Assembly (NCBI RefSeq): GCF_963921235.1
Contig: NC_086097.1
Location: 2,542,001 to 2,606,000, forward strand
Length of the DNA stretch: 64,000 nucleotides
Direction of reading: 5' to 3'
DNA from: Mobula hypostoma
Taxonomy: Eukaryota
Numbering within the stretch: the stretch's first letter is position 1; every line of letters starts with the position of its first letter. The position numbers and the translations under genes are program-made. The notes under the pieces are model-generated. The model was not told the DNA's origin. It saw only the letters and a program-made list of their open reading frames with translations, and ran no database searches. Below are positions 63,301-64,000 of the stretch, one piece after another.

Positions 63301-63857
63301 TGATGCAGCTCTATAAAACTCTGGTTAGGCCACACTTGGAGTATTGTGTCCAGTTCTGGTCACCTCACTATAGGAAGGATGTGGAAGCATTGGAAAGGGT
63401 ACAGAGGAGATTTACCAGGATGCTGCCTGGTTCAGAAAGTATGCATTATGATCAGAGATTAAGGGAGCTAGGACTTTACTCTTTGGAGAGGAGGAGGATG
63501 AGAGGAGACATGATAGAGGTGTACAAGATAATAAGAGGAATAGATAGAGTGGATAGCCAGCGCCTCTTCCCCAGGGCACCACTGCTCAATACAAGAGGAC
63601 ATGGCTTTAAGGTAAGGGGTGGGAAGTTCAAGGGGGATATTAGAGGAAGGTTTTTTACTCAGAGAGTGGTTGGTGTGTGGAATGCACTGCCTGAGTCAGT
63701 GGTGGAGGCAGATACACTAGTGAAGTTTAAGAGACTACTAGACAGGTATATGGAGGAATTTAAGGTGGGGGCTTATATGGGAGGCAGGGTTTGAGGGTTG
63801 GCACAACATTGTGGGCTGAAGGGCCTGTACTGTGCTGTACTATTCTATGTGCTATGT
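60335..63857 (+). mobile_element. Near full-length young CR1-type LINE (partial ORF1 esterase-like + ORF2 APE-RT, few disruptions)
   Basis: ORF1 GD.IVRG, HVGTND, SGLLP; ORF2 segments 60882-61565, 61617-62927 and 63069-63794; tail ctattctatg. Confidence 0.94.
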
Positions 63858-64000
63858 TAACAAGAGATGGACGGGCTTCAGGCCTTTCAGAATGGGACAA
63901 ATGTGCCGTGAATCGTGCTAGTTGTGTTGGAACTGGATAAAAGAAACTGTTTAATATGGGAATGAGTAAACAGTTGACATCTCAGGGTTATTCTGGCATC

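Noticed and set aside
55487..64000. UBR7 exon 7
   Set aside because: No recognisable exon; this part of the protein is poorly conserved, so a missed exon cannot be fully excluded

Overview
Repeat-rich vertebrate genomic DNA. The repeat mix (CR1-type LINEs, HE1-like V-SINEs, Penelope-like elements, Tc1) suggests a cartilaginous fish; this is inference. Two spliced genes sit head-to-head on a CpG island with their ATGs separated by 219 bp. One is a complete two-exon GON7 (KEOPS subunit; minus strand; 30247-30052 + 19197-19118; 91 aa). The other is UBR7, of which coding exons 1-6 are present (plus strand; 30467-55486; UBR-box and PHD-type Cys/His motifs; remainder not found in the window). Most other sequence is nested, largely decayed transposons. 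Most notable: (1) the Penelope-like pseudo-LTRs carry minimal hammerhead ribozyme motifs; (2) one 184-bp insertion with a 14-bp TSD is largely a perfect 102-bp palindrome of two back-to-back hammerheads; (3) the intact intronic hammerheads lie antisense to the host genes, while sense copies are mutated; (4) a 42-bp minisatellite in UBR7 intron 3 is built of CTCF-like motifs; (5) a perfect 28-bp-stem hairpin lies in the GON7 intron. Exon coordinates were derived from splice sites; transposon boundaries are approximate.
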